From Candidatus Woesearchaeota archaeon (GTDB lineage Archaea > Nanobdellota > Nanobdellia > SCGC-AAA011-G17 > GW2011-AR18): a stretch of 47,816 nt of DNA. Each line of letters opens with the position of its first letter. Within the stretch, counting starts at the first letter, position 1. The notes under the pieces were generated by a model that was not told where the DNA came from, ran no database searches, and was given only the letters and a program-made list of their open reading frames with translations. The position numbers and the translations under genes are program-made. The stretch spans positions 1-47,816 of the forward strand of contig JAGVZG010000007.1 in NCBI GenBank assembly GCA_018302765.1, read 5' to 3'. This document shows, one piece after another, positions 8,872 to 19,064 of this stretch.

Positions 8872-9894
8872 TTAATTTTCATAAAAACTGCCAACTAATA
8901 AATTATATAATTTTTTATCGTCCAATTCTGAAATTTCCTTTGGAATGCCATCTGATTCTGAAGCTAAGATATTGTAATAAGGCTGTAAAAATCCTCTTAA
9001 TTTTTTTGCATCACTAAAATAACTCTTATCCAAAGTTTGAAAATGATATCCTGTGTCAAAGATGTCTTGCATAAAACCCGTAGCCACAGAATGAGAACGT
9101 CCACAACCAAAGCAGTGAAATCCATTTTTCTTATAAATTAAAAAACTCTCATGATCTGTAGCATGAAAAAAACAAGGTAATGCATAATATCCATCTCCAA
9201 ATAATTGTGGTAATATTCTATTTTTATTTCCAAAAATCCTATTAAAAATATTTACAAAACTTATATTATTTAATTTTCGATGAATAATATCTATCTCTTT
9301 AACAAAAGTATTATCATAGAAATACTTTGTATCTCCTGAATATGTAGAATTTGGGATTAACCCATTATCAGTAGGATTTGGAGATTTTATTTCTTTATTT
9401 TCATAAAAATAACCATTTTCTAAATAATATTCAATTTCTTTTCTTGAAGTGCCTTCCCTACTTTTTAGTTCATAAGGCGTTATTGATAAAATTTCACCTA
9501 CAGGTTCAGTAAGTCTTGCAATATGTTTATTTCTAATATAATTATTATGGCAGTTAGGAAAACCATTAAACTCGCGTGGATTTTCTCTAACATATTTTCC
9601 TCTTTGTGAAAAAGCCCTAGAAGCAATTTGATATTTTCTTTTTAGTTCTTGCTTTTCATCAGGTTTTAATAAATTTATTAGTTCGCTAGATCCTACACAC
9701 ATTTTCATTTCTAAATCCCACATTAATTGATCATCACCGATTAATAATTTATTAAAAAATCTTTTTTCATCAATATAGAAATTTCCATTACTTAAATGAT
9801 AAACATTTTCAGACCCATAAATATCAGTAGCTACTCTTTTTAGATTAAACTTACTATTCTCAACAAAAGTTATATTTTCTAATTCTGAATCCAT
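8872..9894 (-). CDS. hypothetical protein with C-terminal CHC2-type zinc finger
   Basis: LPCFFHATDHESFLIYKKNGFHCFGCG matches the DnaG-type CPFH...CFGCG pattern. Confidence 0.6.
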   Translation of the reverse strand: MDSELENITFVENSKFNLKRVATDIYGSENVYHLSNGNFYIDEKRFFNKLLIGDDQLMWDLEMKMCVGSSELINLLKPDEKQELKRKYQIASRAFSQRGKYVRENPREFNGFPNCHNNYIRNKHIARLTEPVGEILSITPYELKSREGTSRKEIEYYLENGYFYENKEIKSPNPTDNGLIPNSTYSGDTKYFYDNTFVKEIDIIHRKLNNISFVNIFNRIFGNKNRILPQLFGDGYYALPCFFHATDHESFLIYKKNGFHCFGCGRSHSVATGFMQDIFDTGYHFQTLDKSYFSDAKKLRGFLQPYYNILASESDGIPKEISELDDKKLYNLLVGSFYEN

Positions 9895-9957
9895 CAGAAG
9901 TAAAATTCTAACTATTTTATAAAAATATATTAAAGAATAATATAAAGATTAACAAAC

Positions 9958-10656
9958 CTATTTCTTAGCTGGTTCTTTCTTTGCAGGCGCTGCTCCTGCT
10001 CCAGCTGGTGCAACTGCTGTCGGAGCTCCAGCTGCAGGTGATGCTGCTTTTGCTGCTTCTGCTGCAGCTTTGGCTTCAGCTTTCTGTTTCTCTAATTGTT
10101 TTCTTTTAACGTCCAACTCTTTTGCCAGCTCATCAAGCTTTTTCTTCTTTTCAGCATCAGGTTCTGTTTTGCCAGAATTAATTAAAGAATCATATTTGCC
10201 TTCATCAATTTCTTTTAAAATTTCAATAGCATCTTTTCCATCAATTAATATTCCTGCTGATTGGCAACTTCCAACAATTGTCTTTACAGCAGATTTAATA
10301 TTGTTAACAATTAAAGAAGAAGACTTCATTTTAGCTACTTTAATTACTTGCTCAAAAGAAATAACTCCTGCTTTGTTAATATTTGGTTCTCCAGATCCCT
10401 TTTCGAGACCAATCTCTTTCATTATCAATTGAGTAGCAGGAGGAGTTCCAATTTTAATCTCAAATTCTTTAGTTTCTGTATCAACAATAATTTTAACAGG
10501 AACTTTCATTCCTTTGAAGTCTTTAGTCATATCATTGATTTGAGTAACAACTTGTCCGATGTTTACTTTTAGAGGACCAAGCGAGCTTCCTATTGGAGGA
10601 CCAGCACTAGCCTTTCCCCCTTCAACCAATGCATCAACAGTTTGTTTTTTTCCCAT
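9958..10656 (-). CDS. rpl11: 50S ribosomal protein L11 (uL11) with Lys/Ala-rich C-terminal extension
   Basis: GGKASAGPPIGSSLGP, GMKVPVKI, KTIVGSCQSAG. Confidence 0.93.
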   Translation of the reverse strand: MGKKQTVDALVEGGKASAGPPIGSSLGPLKVNIGQVVTQINDMTKDFKGMKVPVKIIVDTETKEFEIKIGTPPATQLIMKEIGLEKGSGEPNINKAGVISFEQVIKVAKMKSSSLIVNNIKSAVKTIVGSCQSAGILIDGKDAIEILKEIDEGKYDSLINSGKTEPDAEKKKKLDELAKELDVKRKQLEKQKAEAKAAAEAAKAASPAAGAPTAVAPAGAGAAPAKKEPAKK

Positions 10657-10801
10657 TTTAGTATAATTATTTGGGAATCAGAAAACAATTTATAAGGCTT
10701 TCGTAGGATAAAGCTTTGCACGAGAATATAAATCTATACAGTAATTAATCCATTCTGCACGAAAATACATATTTTAAACATTTGTTAGACTTTTCTTAAT
10801 T

Positions 10802-10903
10802 ATGGCAGATAGGCATACAAAAGAGCAGAGAAGCTATAATATATCCATAATCAGAAGTTCAAAGACAAGGAAAGTTTTATTACTGGTTTATAAGAGTCAA
10901 TAA
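10802..10903 (+). pseudogene. Vsr (very short patch repair) endonuclease N-terminal remnant
   Basis: MADRHTKEQRSYNISIIRSSKT resembles the Vsr N-terminal consensus; stops after 33 codons. Confidence 0.6.
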
Positions 10904-10946
10904 AATTATTGCCATATTTATATTTGAAGATTTTTTGGAATTGAAT

Positions 10947-11174
10947 TTATAAATTACTTTTTTTAGTTATTATTATTTTTGCATCAAAAAGATCTTTCAA
11001 CAAACCAAAGTCTCCATTCGCAGCCCATGTATCCATTAAATGAACTTCAAGTTCGTTTGCAGGAGCCAATGGATCTCTATTAATTATAATTTCTTTACTA
11101 ACATCACAAATAGGACAATAATAATTTTCAGTCAGAATAATACCTGATCTTCTAGTATCACCTGTATATTCCAT
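10947..11174 (-). CDS. small hypothetical protein, possible zinc finger
   Basis: 75 aa containing YCPIC. Confidence 0.45.
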   Translation of the reverse strand: MEYTGDTRRSGIILTENYYCPICDVSKEIIINRDPLAPANELEVHLMDTWAANGDFGLLKDLFDAKIIITKKSNL

Positions 11175-11205
11175 AAAATAATGACAAGTATTACAGTTAG
11201 GAATT

Positions 11206-11688
11206 TTAATCTTCCTCTTTCTTTTCTTCAGGTCCTTCTTCAGATTCTCTTCTGATAACTTTTACCCAATCCATTTTTACTGTAATTGGAATAGGTATTG
11301 CAGCTTCCAATAATTCTACAACAACTTCTTCTTTAGTTTCATCTATACGTTTTACTTTAGCTTTCTCTTTCTTAAATGGACCATGAATAATCTCTACAAT
11401 ATCTTTTTCCTGAATATTCATAGGAGCTTTAATCTGCTCTAACATTGGTTCTATTTCTGAAAAATTAACCAACTTAGGCAATAACCCTCTTGAATAAGGA
11501 ATTCCAAAACAAGCTTGCTCAGCATCTTCTCTTGTCTTTGCCTCTACAAAAATATAGCCACGCATACCATGAGCATTAATTATACTATAAACTTCAAGTT
11601 TTTTCTTCTTTATGTTTGTATCCATAAATTCCATAACTTGTTCTTCTCTATTTGCTGTTGTTCTTACTGCGAAAATCTGATTTTCCAT
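11206..11688 (-). CDS. spt5: transcription elongation factor Spt5/NusG
   Basis: NGN domain (RGYIFVEA) and KOW (VEIIHGPFK); secE-spt5-rpl11 synteny. Confidence 0.95.
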   Translation of the reverse strand: MENQIFAVRTTANREEQVMEFMDTNIKKKKLEVYSIINAHGMRGYIFVEAKTREDAEQACFGIPYSRGLLPKLVNFSEIEPMLEQIKAPMNIQEKDIVEIIHGPFKKEKAKVKRIDETKEEVVVELLEAAIPIPITVKMDWVKVIRRESEEGPEEKKEED

Positions 11689-11733
11689 GTTAAAAAGCCT
11701 CTCCTGTATTTTTTGAAATTTTTTTCATTGTCT

Positions 11734-11931
11734 TTATTGAAGGAATAACTGCCATAAAATATTAATAGTAAAACCAATAAATCCTATTATTAATATTCCT
11801 ATGCCAGTTACTTTAACTATAACCTTTAATTCTTCTCTTGTTGGTTTTTTTGTTACCTGCCATACTCTTCTGCATTCTACAATAAACGACTTAAAACGTT
11901 GCGTTAAAGAAGGCTTAGTAACTTCTTCCAT
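11734..11931 (-). CDS. secE: protein translocase SecE/Sec61-gamma
   Basis: RRVWQVTKKPTREE followed by a TM helix. Confidence 0.92.
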   Translation of the reverse strand: MEEVTKPSLTQRFKSFIVECRRVWQVTKKPTREELKVIVKVTGIGILIIGFIGFTINILWQLFLQ

Positions 11932-12015
11932 TTAATTCTGATGATAGAAAAGGTATTTAAATCTTATTATGAAGAATGAGTTAATTTTATATTTGTTTTG
12001 CAACCTATGTTATAA

Positions 12016-12252
12016 ATGACAGAATTACCATTGGAATGCAGACTAATAAAGAACGATTTTAGACCAATTTCTGGCGCATTAAAGTATCTAGAAAGAACAG
12101 AACCATTTGTAAATAAGCCTTATTCTGATTCAGATAGGCCTTTAGTTAGCGCTGTTACAGACAGAACATTTATATTAACATTGTACAATATAGCAACACT
12201 TGCATCGCCAATAACGGGCCTTGGAGTATTAAGTTATTATTTGACAAAATAG
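12016..12252 (+). CDS. hypothetical protein with C-terminal TM, between ftsZ and secE
   Basis: 78-aa ORF on the opposite strand. Confidence 0.45.
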   Translation: MTELPLECRLIKNDFRPISGALKYLERTEPFVNKPYSDSDRPLVSAVTDRTFILTLYNIATLASPITGLGVLSYYLTK

Positions 12253-12255
12253 AAA

Positions 12256-13380
12256 TTAATTAACAAAATCTATACCGAGCTCTTCTTCTATGTCTTTCTT
12301 TTTCTTAACTTCTCCCTTAACATTTTTCTTTGAGCCAAATATTTGAGGACTATGAACTCCAGTAACTATTAGCAAAGTTCTTATAGTATTATCTAGATCT
12401 TCAGATATTTGTGCTCCCCAAATAGTTCTTGCATCTTCATCAAGTCTTTCAGTAATGGTCTCAACAATTTTTCTTGCTTCGTCTAGTGTCATATTTGGAC
12501 CACCAGAAATATTAATTAGAGCACCATTAGCTCCTGTTATGTCAACGTCAAGTAAAGGATTTTGAACTGCTTTTTCTACAGATTCAATTGCTCTGTTATC
12601 AGAATCACTTTCACCAACACCAATCATTGCAACTCCGCCTTTACCCATAACAGTTTTTATGTCTGCAAAATCTAAATTGACTAAGCCAGGTTTTGTAACA
12701 AGTTCTGCAATACCCTTCACAGAATTTGTTAATATTTCATCAGCTACTTTAAAAGCAGTATGTAAAGGCAGGCCAGGACAAAGCTCTAATAATTTATCGT
12801 TTGGTATAACTATTAAAGTGTCAACAGTACTCTCAAGTCTTTCCAAACCTGAAATAGCATTTGCATATCTGCGCTGCCCTTCCATTGCAAAAGGCAAAGT
12901 AACAATTGCAATTGTTAAAATCCCTAATTTCTTTGCAACCTCTGCAACAACAGGTGCAGCGCCAGTGCCAGTACCACCGCCAAGCCCACACGTAATAAAT
13001 ACTATGTCAGAACCCTGAATTGTATCCCTAATTTCTTTTTCGCTTTCTTTTGCAGAATCTTCACCAACTTTAGGAATAGAACCTGCACCTAAACCGCCAG
13101 TTAATTCTTTTCCAATTAAAATTTTTATATTTGCATTTGTATAAAGCAAATCTTGAGCATCAGTATTAATAGCTACAGTTTCAGTGCCGCTAATTCCTAC
13201 TTCAGACATACGGTTAATTGTATTGTTTCCGCCACCACCGCAGCCAATAACTTTGATTTTTGCCTTTTGTTTAGCAACAAGTGCTTCTAGTTCTTCATCA
13301 ATAGCAGTAACTTTTTTAGGAGTTTGTTTTAAGCCAGCAATAACAACTCTTTGGTTAACTTGCCTAAGTAAACTATCCAT
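12256..13380 (-). CDS. ftsZ: cell division protein FtsZ
   Basis: [24 protein letters not shown]-terminal GIDFV. Confidence 0.97.
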   Translation of the reverse strand: MDSLLRQVNQRVVIAGLKQTPKKVTAIDEELEALVAKQKAKIKVIGCGGGGNNTINRMSEVGISGTETVAINTDAQDLLYTNANIKILIGKELTGGLGAGSIPKVGEDSAKESEKEIRDTIQGSDIVFITCGLGGGTGTGAAPVVAEVAKKLGILTIAIVTLPFAMEGQRRYANAISGLERLESTVDTLIVIPNDKLLELCPGLPLHTAFKVADEILTNSVKGIAELVTKPGLVNLDFADIKTVMGKGGVAMIGVGESDSDNRAIESVEKAVQNPLLDVDITGANGALINISGGPNMTLDEARKIVETITERLDEDARTIWGAQISEDLDNTIRTLLIVTGVHSPQIFGSKKNVKGEVKKKKDIEEELGIDFVN

Positions 13381-13448
13381 AAAAGCTCAACTGTAAAACT
13401 AATATTTAATATTATCGGCGAAAAGTCGCATATTTTTCAATAGAAGTA

Positions 13449-14099
13449 TTAGCTAAAAGACAATTCAAAACCAGGAATTAATTTATTTACTTTATTTTTT
13501 ACTTCTTCTTTAGCATTATTAGGAATAGTAACTTTTAGTTTAACATTGGCTTTGCTGCCCTGCAGCTCTAATTCATATTCATTATAAGATAAGTTCAGCA
13601 TATTTTCTACCAAAGATCTAATTTTTTCATCATCTTTTTCTACTATCCTATTAATATTTAATTCATAAACTAAATTTTTACCTGATAAAGGATGATTGAA
13701 ATCTATTGTCACTCTTCCTCCACTAACAGATCTTATCGTACCAATCAATCCGCCAGCATGAATCTGCAAGCCCGGAAAAGGATTTATTTTTTGTTTTCTA
13801 AGAATTTCTGAAGGCATTATCTTGATTAAATTAGAATCTTTCTTTCCAAAGCTTTCTTCTGGTTTTAATTCTAAGGTATAAGTTTTACCAACTTCTTTAT
13901 CAACAAGAAATTTATCTATAGAAGGAAGAATTTGCTTTTCACCTAAGCATAAAATTTTCGGGCCATACATGGTATTTTCATCATAAATACCATTTTTCTT
14001 AGCTAATTCTTTGTCTGTTAAATCAAATATCTGATTGTTTTCTTTGATTCTTCCAACATAATTAATTTCAACAAAATCTTTTTCTTTTGTTTTTGTCAT
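13449..14099 (-). CDS. FKBP-type peptidyl-prolyl isomerase (SlyD-like)
   Basis: INYVGRI...IFD, LKPEESFG, IDFNHPLSGK. Confidence 0.9.
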   Translation of the reverse strand: MTKTKEKDFVEINYVGRIKENNQIFDLTDKELAKKNGIYDENTMYGPKILCLGEKQILPSIDKFLVDKEVGKTYTLELKPEESFGKKDSNLIKIMPSEILRKQKINPFPGLQIHAGGLIGTIRSVSGGRVTIDFNHPLSGKNLVYELNINRIVEKDDEKIRSLVENMLNLSYNEYELELQGSKANVKLKVTIPNNAKEEVKNKVNKLIPGFELSFS

Positions 14100-14186
14100 A
14101 GAGAACTGACTTTTAAGAATATATTTAAAGTTTGTTGTTGTAACGCAATAAAAACATTTTTATATTAATTAGATAGTAAAGGATTT

Positions 14187-14668
14187 ATGTTAATATGCAA
14201 AAAAGATGTTAATAAAAAAATTACTGAAATTCTAGGACTTAATAAAGAAGGTAAAGATTACAAAGTTCAATTTTCTATGTCTATAAATACAGATTATTGG
14301 AATAATAGTTTCAAAATGGAAAACTATCCATTTTTTAACATAGAAACAACAATAACAAACGTGCCTTCTTTAGAAAATATATATTTATTAGCCATTAATA
14401 ATTTAGGTGGAATAACTAAGGTATTTAGATGTGATATTACTAAATCAACTTTGATGAAATTAAGGAAGTTATTTACACAACAATTATAGATTTAAAAAGA
14501 ACTTCAGAATTTATAGAATTTAAATCTGGTGGGGGTTGGGTTAGAAAGAAAGTTGTCAAATTCAGATTTCCCATTAAGATAACTGGAGATGCACGTAAAA
14601 GAAATATCTATAAGTCTTTTTCATCTAAGCAAGTAGAAATTATAATTTATATTGTAATAAGGTACTAA
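14187..14668 (+). pseudogene. hypothetical protein, probably frameshifted near 14450-14485
   Basis: ORF 14187..14489 overlaps a second open frame (INFDEIKEVIY...FKSGGGWVRKKVVKFRFP...IVIRY*, TAA 14666-14668) sharing a motif with ORF 20672..21067. Confidence 0.55.
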
Positions 14669-14719
14669 TTCTTTCAATTCAACAAAAACCTTTATAAATC
14701 TCACATTTTCTCTACTGTT

Positions 14720-15112
14720 ATGGCAGAAACAAAACTAGTCCAGGCAGGAGATCTAAAAGTAGGTAGTTATGTTATATTTGATGGCATTGCCTGCGTTGTT
14801 AAAGATATTCAAACATCTAAAACAGGAAAGCATGGCTCTTCTAAATGCAGAATTGAAGCAGTAGGTCTAATAAACAGTCAAAAGAAAATCCAGTTATGTC
14901 CTTCAAGCGATAACATCCAAGTTCCAATAATAGAAAAGAAAAATGCCCAGGTTCTATCAGTTCATGGAGATACTGCTACAGTAATGGATAATGAAACTTT
15001 TGAAACTTTTGAAATAAAAATTTCAGAAGAACATAAAGAAGCTGTAAAAGAAGGCTCAGTAGTAAACTATTGGGTAATTATGGATGAAAAAGTAATTATG
15101 CAGGTAAAATAA
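14720..15112 (+). CDS. eif5a: translation factor aIF-5A
   Basis: SKTGKHGSSK hypusination motif. Confidence 0.95.
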   Translation: MAETKLVQAGDLKVGSYVIFDGIACVVKDIQTSKTGKHGSSKCRIEAVGLINSQKKIQLCPSSDNIQVPIIEKKNAQVLSVHGDTATVMDNETFETFEIKISEEHKEAVKEGSVVNYWVIMDEKVIMQVK

Positions 15113-15274
15113 ATGGTAAAATTTCCTGAAGCAACAAAAAGATTATTTGGTAATGTTTTTGTTTGTAGGAAGTGCAAGACAAAGATGAAAGCTGATTCTG
15201 CAAAAGTCAGAAAAGGCAAAATTCTTTGTAAAAAATGCAACTCAAAAGCTCTTAGACCAGTAAGGAAGAAATAA
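15113..15274 (+). CDS. rpl40e: 50S ribosomal protein L40e-like; not in ORF track
   Basis: MVKFPEATKRLFGNVFVCRKC...CKKCNSKALRPVRKK*. Confidence 0.8.
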   Translation: MVKFPEATKRLFGNVFVCRKCKTKMKADSAKVRKGKILCKKCNSKALRPVRKK

Positions 15275-15276
15275 TC

Positions 15277-16461
15277 ATGAATTATGATCTATTATTTTTA
15301 GTTCTATTTTATTTATTTCTGCTTCTAATATTTAAAATTTACAGAAATAAGTTTGAAGTTCAATGGAAGATTTTTGCACTGTATAAAACTAAAATTGGAA
15401 TAAACCTAATGGATAAAATAGCAAAGAGATTCCCCAAGTTATTAAATATAATTGGATACTTAAGTGTAACGTTAGGCTTTATTGGAATGATAATAACATT
15501 GATATTTATTATTTATGAAACTTTCAAATTTTTATTTGTGCCAAAAGCAGAAGTGGCTTTAGTGCCATTAATTCCAGGAGTTGCCATTAGTGACAAATTA
15601 CCAATGCTTTCTTTTTGGCATTGGATACTAGCAATACTGGTAGTTGCAGTAATACATGAATTTTCTCATGGTGTTTATGCACGATTAAGAAATATAAAAA
15701 TAAAATCTTCTGGTTTTGCATTTCTAGGGCCAATACTTGCTGCATTTGTTGAGCCTGATGAGAAAGAATTAAAAAAAAGAGGTACAAAGGACAAATTATT
15801 TGTATTTTCTGCAGGGCCTTTTTCCAATATTTTATTAGCATTAGTTGTAATTTTATTTTTATCATTTGTATTTGTTCCGATAGGAAATAGCGTCACTGAA
15901 ATAAATGGAATAATGATATCAGAAATCAACGATACTCTTCCAATAAAAGAAAGCGGTTTAGAATCAGGACATGTGCTACAAGAGGTAGATGGAATAAAAA
16001 TAACCAATCTTAGCGTACTAACAGATATATTAGAAAAAAAATCTCCTGGAGATATAGTTTTAGTAAAAGCAAATAATAGTTTTTACAATGTTGAATTATC
16101 ACAAAATCCAAAAGATAATACAAAGGCAATTTTGGGAATTTCATTCAGTAGTTATAAAGTTGATTTAAAGGAAAGATTTAAACCATTCTCATGGATGTAC
16201 AAAGTATTTGCTTGGTTTGGAATGTTGCTGTTTTGGATATTTAACATAAGTTTGGGTGTTGGATTATTTAATTTATTGCCATTAGGGCCTGTTGATGGAG
16301 GAAGAATGTTTCATGCAGTTGCACTTAAGATTACAAAGAATGAAAAAAAAGCAATTAAGGCACTGTCTATTATATCATTAATAATTCTGGCAATGATATT
16401 AATAAATTTAACTCCTTTTATTGTAAGATTATTAAAATTTGTTGTAAGCCCTTTATTTTAA
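15277..16461 (+). CDS. site-2 protease (M50) with PDZ-like insert
   Basis: HEFSH, AGPFSN, NLLPLGPVDGG, multiple TM segments. Confidence 0.92.
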   Translation: MNYDLLFLVLFYLFLLLIFKIYRNKFEVQWKIFALYKTKIGINLMDKIAKRFPKLLNIIGYLSVTLGFIGMIITLIFIIYETFKFLFVPKAEVALVPLIPGVAISDKLPMLSFWHWILAILVVAVIHEFSHGVYARLRNIKIKSSGFAFLGPILAAFVEPDEKELKKRGTKDKLFVFSAGPFSNILLALVVILFLSFVFVPIGNSVTEINGIMISEINDTLPIKESGLESGHVLQEVDGIKITNLSVLTDILEKKSPGDIVLVKANNSFYNVELSQNPKDNTKAILGISFSSYKVDLKERFKPFSWMYKVFAWFGMLLFWIFNISLGVGLFNLLPLGPVDGGRMFHAVALKITKNEKKAIKALSIISLIILAMILINLTPFIVRLLKFVVSPLF

Positions 16462-17166
16462 TATATTTAATTGGTTTACTAAATCAAGAACTTTAGCTCT
16501 GATGCTTTTCGCAGTGTATATTTCTTCTCCAATTATTGCATGTAATTTGTTGTCAGTTGATTTCAAAGCATTTAAAATTGAGCCACCTTGTTTTCCGCCA
16601 AAACCAGGAGCATAGAAATTTGGCTTGATACCATTTGATTCAATAATATTTTTTATTTCTTTTATCCTGTCTGGTTTATTACCTGGAACAACAAAGTCAG
16701 TAATTCCCATTTTTGCAGCAATACTATAGATTTCAGCTACAGACATATCATCAATATAGCCTCCTTCACTCTTTCTGTATTTGTAATGACTCATATCTCC
16801 TCCAATAATAATAGGTAAATTAAATTTAAAGGCTGCTTTGATCCAAGCTAACTCAGTTTCCGGTCCAGTTAAAGGAAAAAATATTGCTGCATCTATGCCT
16901 GCTTCCACTAAAGTCTTTACAAACTTTTCACCTTTATATGGAGTATCAGTACATCCTTTTTGGTGATCATAGATGATTAGTTTGTCTGTATATCTTCTTG
17001 TTAAATTAATAATTTTAGGCAAACCATGAACCAAAGCAAGTTCAAAACCGATTTTATAAGCGCTTACTTCAGGAATATCTGATGTATATTTAATTATTGT
17101 TTCATATAAATCTATATTAACATCGCAGGCGGGAATTATGCTTCTCTCACTTTTTATAAGACCCAT
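16453..17166 (-). CDS. pyrF: orotidine 5'-phosphate decarboxylase
   Basis: IIPACD, AYKIG, YDHQKGCTD, APGFGGKQGG. Confidence 0.85.
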   Translation of the reverse strand: MGLIKSERSIIPACDVNIDLYETIIKYTSDIPEVSAYKIGFELALVHGLPKIINLTRRYTDKLIIYDHQKGCTDTPYKGEKFVKTLVEAGIDAAIFFPLTGPETELAWIKAAFKFNLPIIIGGDMSHYKYRKSEGGYIDDMSVAEIYSIAAKMGITDFVVPGNKPDRIKEIKNIIESNGIKPNFYAPGFGGKQGGSILNALKSTDNKLHAIIGEEIYTAKSIRAKVLDLVNQLNILK

Positions 17167-17244
17167 AATAAAAAATAGATAATGAACTTTATAAAATTAC
17201 TGTAATTAATTAACTTTAAAAATAAAATAAAACTATTATTTGTT

Positions 17245-18033
17245 ATGTTGGTGGATGTACATGCTCATTTAACATTTGAACAGTTTAGTAAAGATTTAGA
17301 GCAAGTAATTGAAAGAGCAAGAAAAACAGGAGTTGTTAGTATTCTTTGTTCTGGTGTTGATCATGAAAGCAATGTTAAGGTTCTTGAGTTAAGCAAAAAA
17401 TATAATATAATAAAAGCATCATTAGGAATATATCCGTTAGATGCAGTTGGTCTTGGTCATTATGATGACGTTCCAAGAGAAGCAAGAGAAATAGATGTTG
17501 ATGCAGAAATAGAATTTATAAGAAAGAATAAAGAAAATATATTGGCAATAGGAGAAATAGGTCTTGATAAATCACCTGAGGGAGATTGTAAATTAGAAGA
17601 GCAAAAGGATGTATTTTGGAAGTCAATTAAACTGGCTGAAGAAATAAGAAAGCCAATAGTAGTTCATACAAGAAAAGCAGAAGTTGAATGTATAGAAATT
17701 CTAGAAAGTTCAAAAACAAAAAATGTTGTTCTACACTGCTTCACTGGAAATCTAAAATTAGTAAAGAAAGCAGAAGACTTAGGATTTTATTTGTCAATAC
17801 CAGCAATTGTTACAAGATTAAAACATTTTCAAGAAGTAATACAGAAGGTTTCTATGAAAAATTTACTAACAGAAACAGATGCTCCTTACTTAAGTCCTTT
17901 CAAAGGTGAAAGAAACGAACCAAGTTACATCAAAGAAACAATAAAAATCATTGCAAAAATAAAAAATCTAACTGAAGAAGAAGTTGAAAATATAATTTTT
18001 TCAAATTATCAAAAAGTTTTTATGAGAAAATAA
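17245..18033 (+). CDS. tatD: TatD family nuclease
   Basis: DVHAH, AIGEIGLD, VHTR, LHCF, LTETDAPY. Confidence 0.93.
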   Translation: MLVDVHAHLTFEQFSKDLEQVIERARKTGVVSILCSGVDHESNVKVLELSKKYNIIKASLGIYPLDAVGLGHYDDVPREAREIDVDAEIEFIRKNKENILAIGEIGLDKSPEGDCKLEEQKDVFWKSIKLAEEIRKPIVVHTRKAEVECIEILESSKTKNVVLHCFTGNLKLVKKAEDLGFYLSIPAIVTRLKHFQEVIQKVSMKNLLTETDAPYLSPFKGERNEPSYIKETIKIIAKIKNLTEEEVENIIFSNYQKVFMRK

Positions 18034-18115
18034 AAAATAGTAAAGTATTTAAGTATAAATAACGCAAGAATAAGTATAATTTTCCTGTCTTCAACCGGGA
18101 AAAAGAGGTGATAAA

Positions 18116-18154
18116 ATGGCAAAGAAAAAGGCAGCAAAAAAGAAGAAGAGATAA
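18116..18154 (+). CDS. putative 12-aa basic micropeptide MAKKKAAKKKKR
   Basis: SD GAGGTGA at 18105-18111, then ATG 18116 and TAA 18152-18154, in an otherwise empty intergenic region. Confidence 0.55.
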   Translation: MAKKKAAKKKKR

Positions 18155-18181
18155 ATTCTCTTCTTTAATTTTTAAACTTAA

Positions 18182-18790
18182 TTATTTTTTTTGTTTTAAT
18201 TCTATTATTGTTCCATCATTTCCAGGATTTATTATTAAAGTCTTTTTAATCTTGTCTTGTCTTTTAAAATTTTCATGAAAATGTCCGCATAGTGTTAATA
18301 TTGGCTGGACTTCTTCTATAAATTTTCTAGTACTTTTACAACCACGATGACCAAAAGACAAATCATCTAATTTTGTATTGTATATTGGGGCATGAGTTAC
18401 AAATATAAGTTTCTTTTTTCTGTCATAATGTTTCTTAAATTGTTTTGCCATTGCTTCAAATTCTTCCTCAATAAAAGAAAAACCTCCAGTTCCCCACCCA
18501 AAAAAAATATAGTTTTGAAACTCAAATACCCCTTTGTGAATATTTATTAAATTTTTATTCTTGCTACATATACTTTTTATGTCTTCAGTTGATTCATGAT
18601 TGCCAGGAATGACCAATGTTTTAATGCCAATGCTATTTATGAATTTTGCAGTTTTATCTAAACCTGACCCAAAAATAGAAATATCCCCACAACAAATCAA
18701 AAGATCAGGTTTATGTTTCAATGCCTTTTCCTTTATTCTCTTATATGCGCTACTATTTAAATGCGTATCTGTAAAAGCGAGTAGTTTCAT
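18182..18790 (-). CDS. calcineurin-like metallophosphoesterase
   Basis: FTDTH, CGDIS, PGNHE, THAP, CGHFHE. Confidence 0.9.
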   Translation of the reverse strand: MKLLAFTDTHLNSSAYKRIKEKALKHKPDLLICCGDISIFGSGLDKTAKFINSIGIKTLVIPGNHESTEDIKSICSKNKNLINIHKGVFEFQNYIFFGWGTGGFSFIEEEFEAMAKQFKKHYDRKKKLIFVTHAPIYNTKLDDLSFGHRGCKSTRKFIEEVQPILTLCGHFHENFKRQDKIKKTLIINPGNDGTIIELKQKK

Positions 18791-18827
18791 AAAAATATAA
18801 CAAATTAAAGAAGTTTAAATCTTTTGT

Positions 18828-18932
18828 TTATTCATCAAAGTAGCCAACCATAAAGGCAGCTTCTTCAGGGCTTATTTCATCATTATCTAATAAATCTATA
18901 ACACCATTTTTAATTTCTTTTATTAAATTCAT
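18828..18932 (-). CDS. 34-aa acidic small protein; not in ORF track
   Basis: MNLIKEIKNGVIDLLDNDEISPEEAAFMVGYFDE*, SD GAGGTGG upstream. Confidence 0.65.
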   Translation of the reverse strand: MNLIKEIKNGVIDLLDNDEISPEEAAFMVGYFDE

Positions 18933-19035
18933 TTTTACCACCTCTTTTAGCTGATTGTTCTTCTAAAGGCAACCTTCTAAGTTGCACACCAAATAAATAA
19001 GATATGTTGTCAATATCAAGGTCTATTGGCAGCAT
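18910..19035 (-). CDS. 41-aa small protein; not in ORF track
   Basis: MLPIDLDIDNISYLFGVQLRRLPLEEQSAKRGGKNEFNKRN*, SD GGAGGTG upstream; overlaps the next ORF. Confidence 0.55.
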   Translation of the reverse strand: MLPIDLDIDNISYLFGVQLRRLPLEEQSAKRGGKNEFNKRN

Positions 19036-19064
19036 TTTTGCACCTCCATTATCTAATATAGAAA

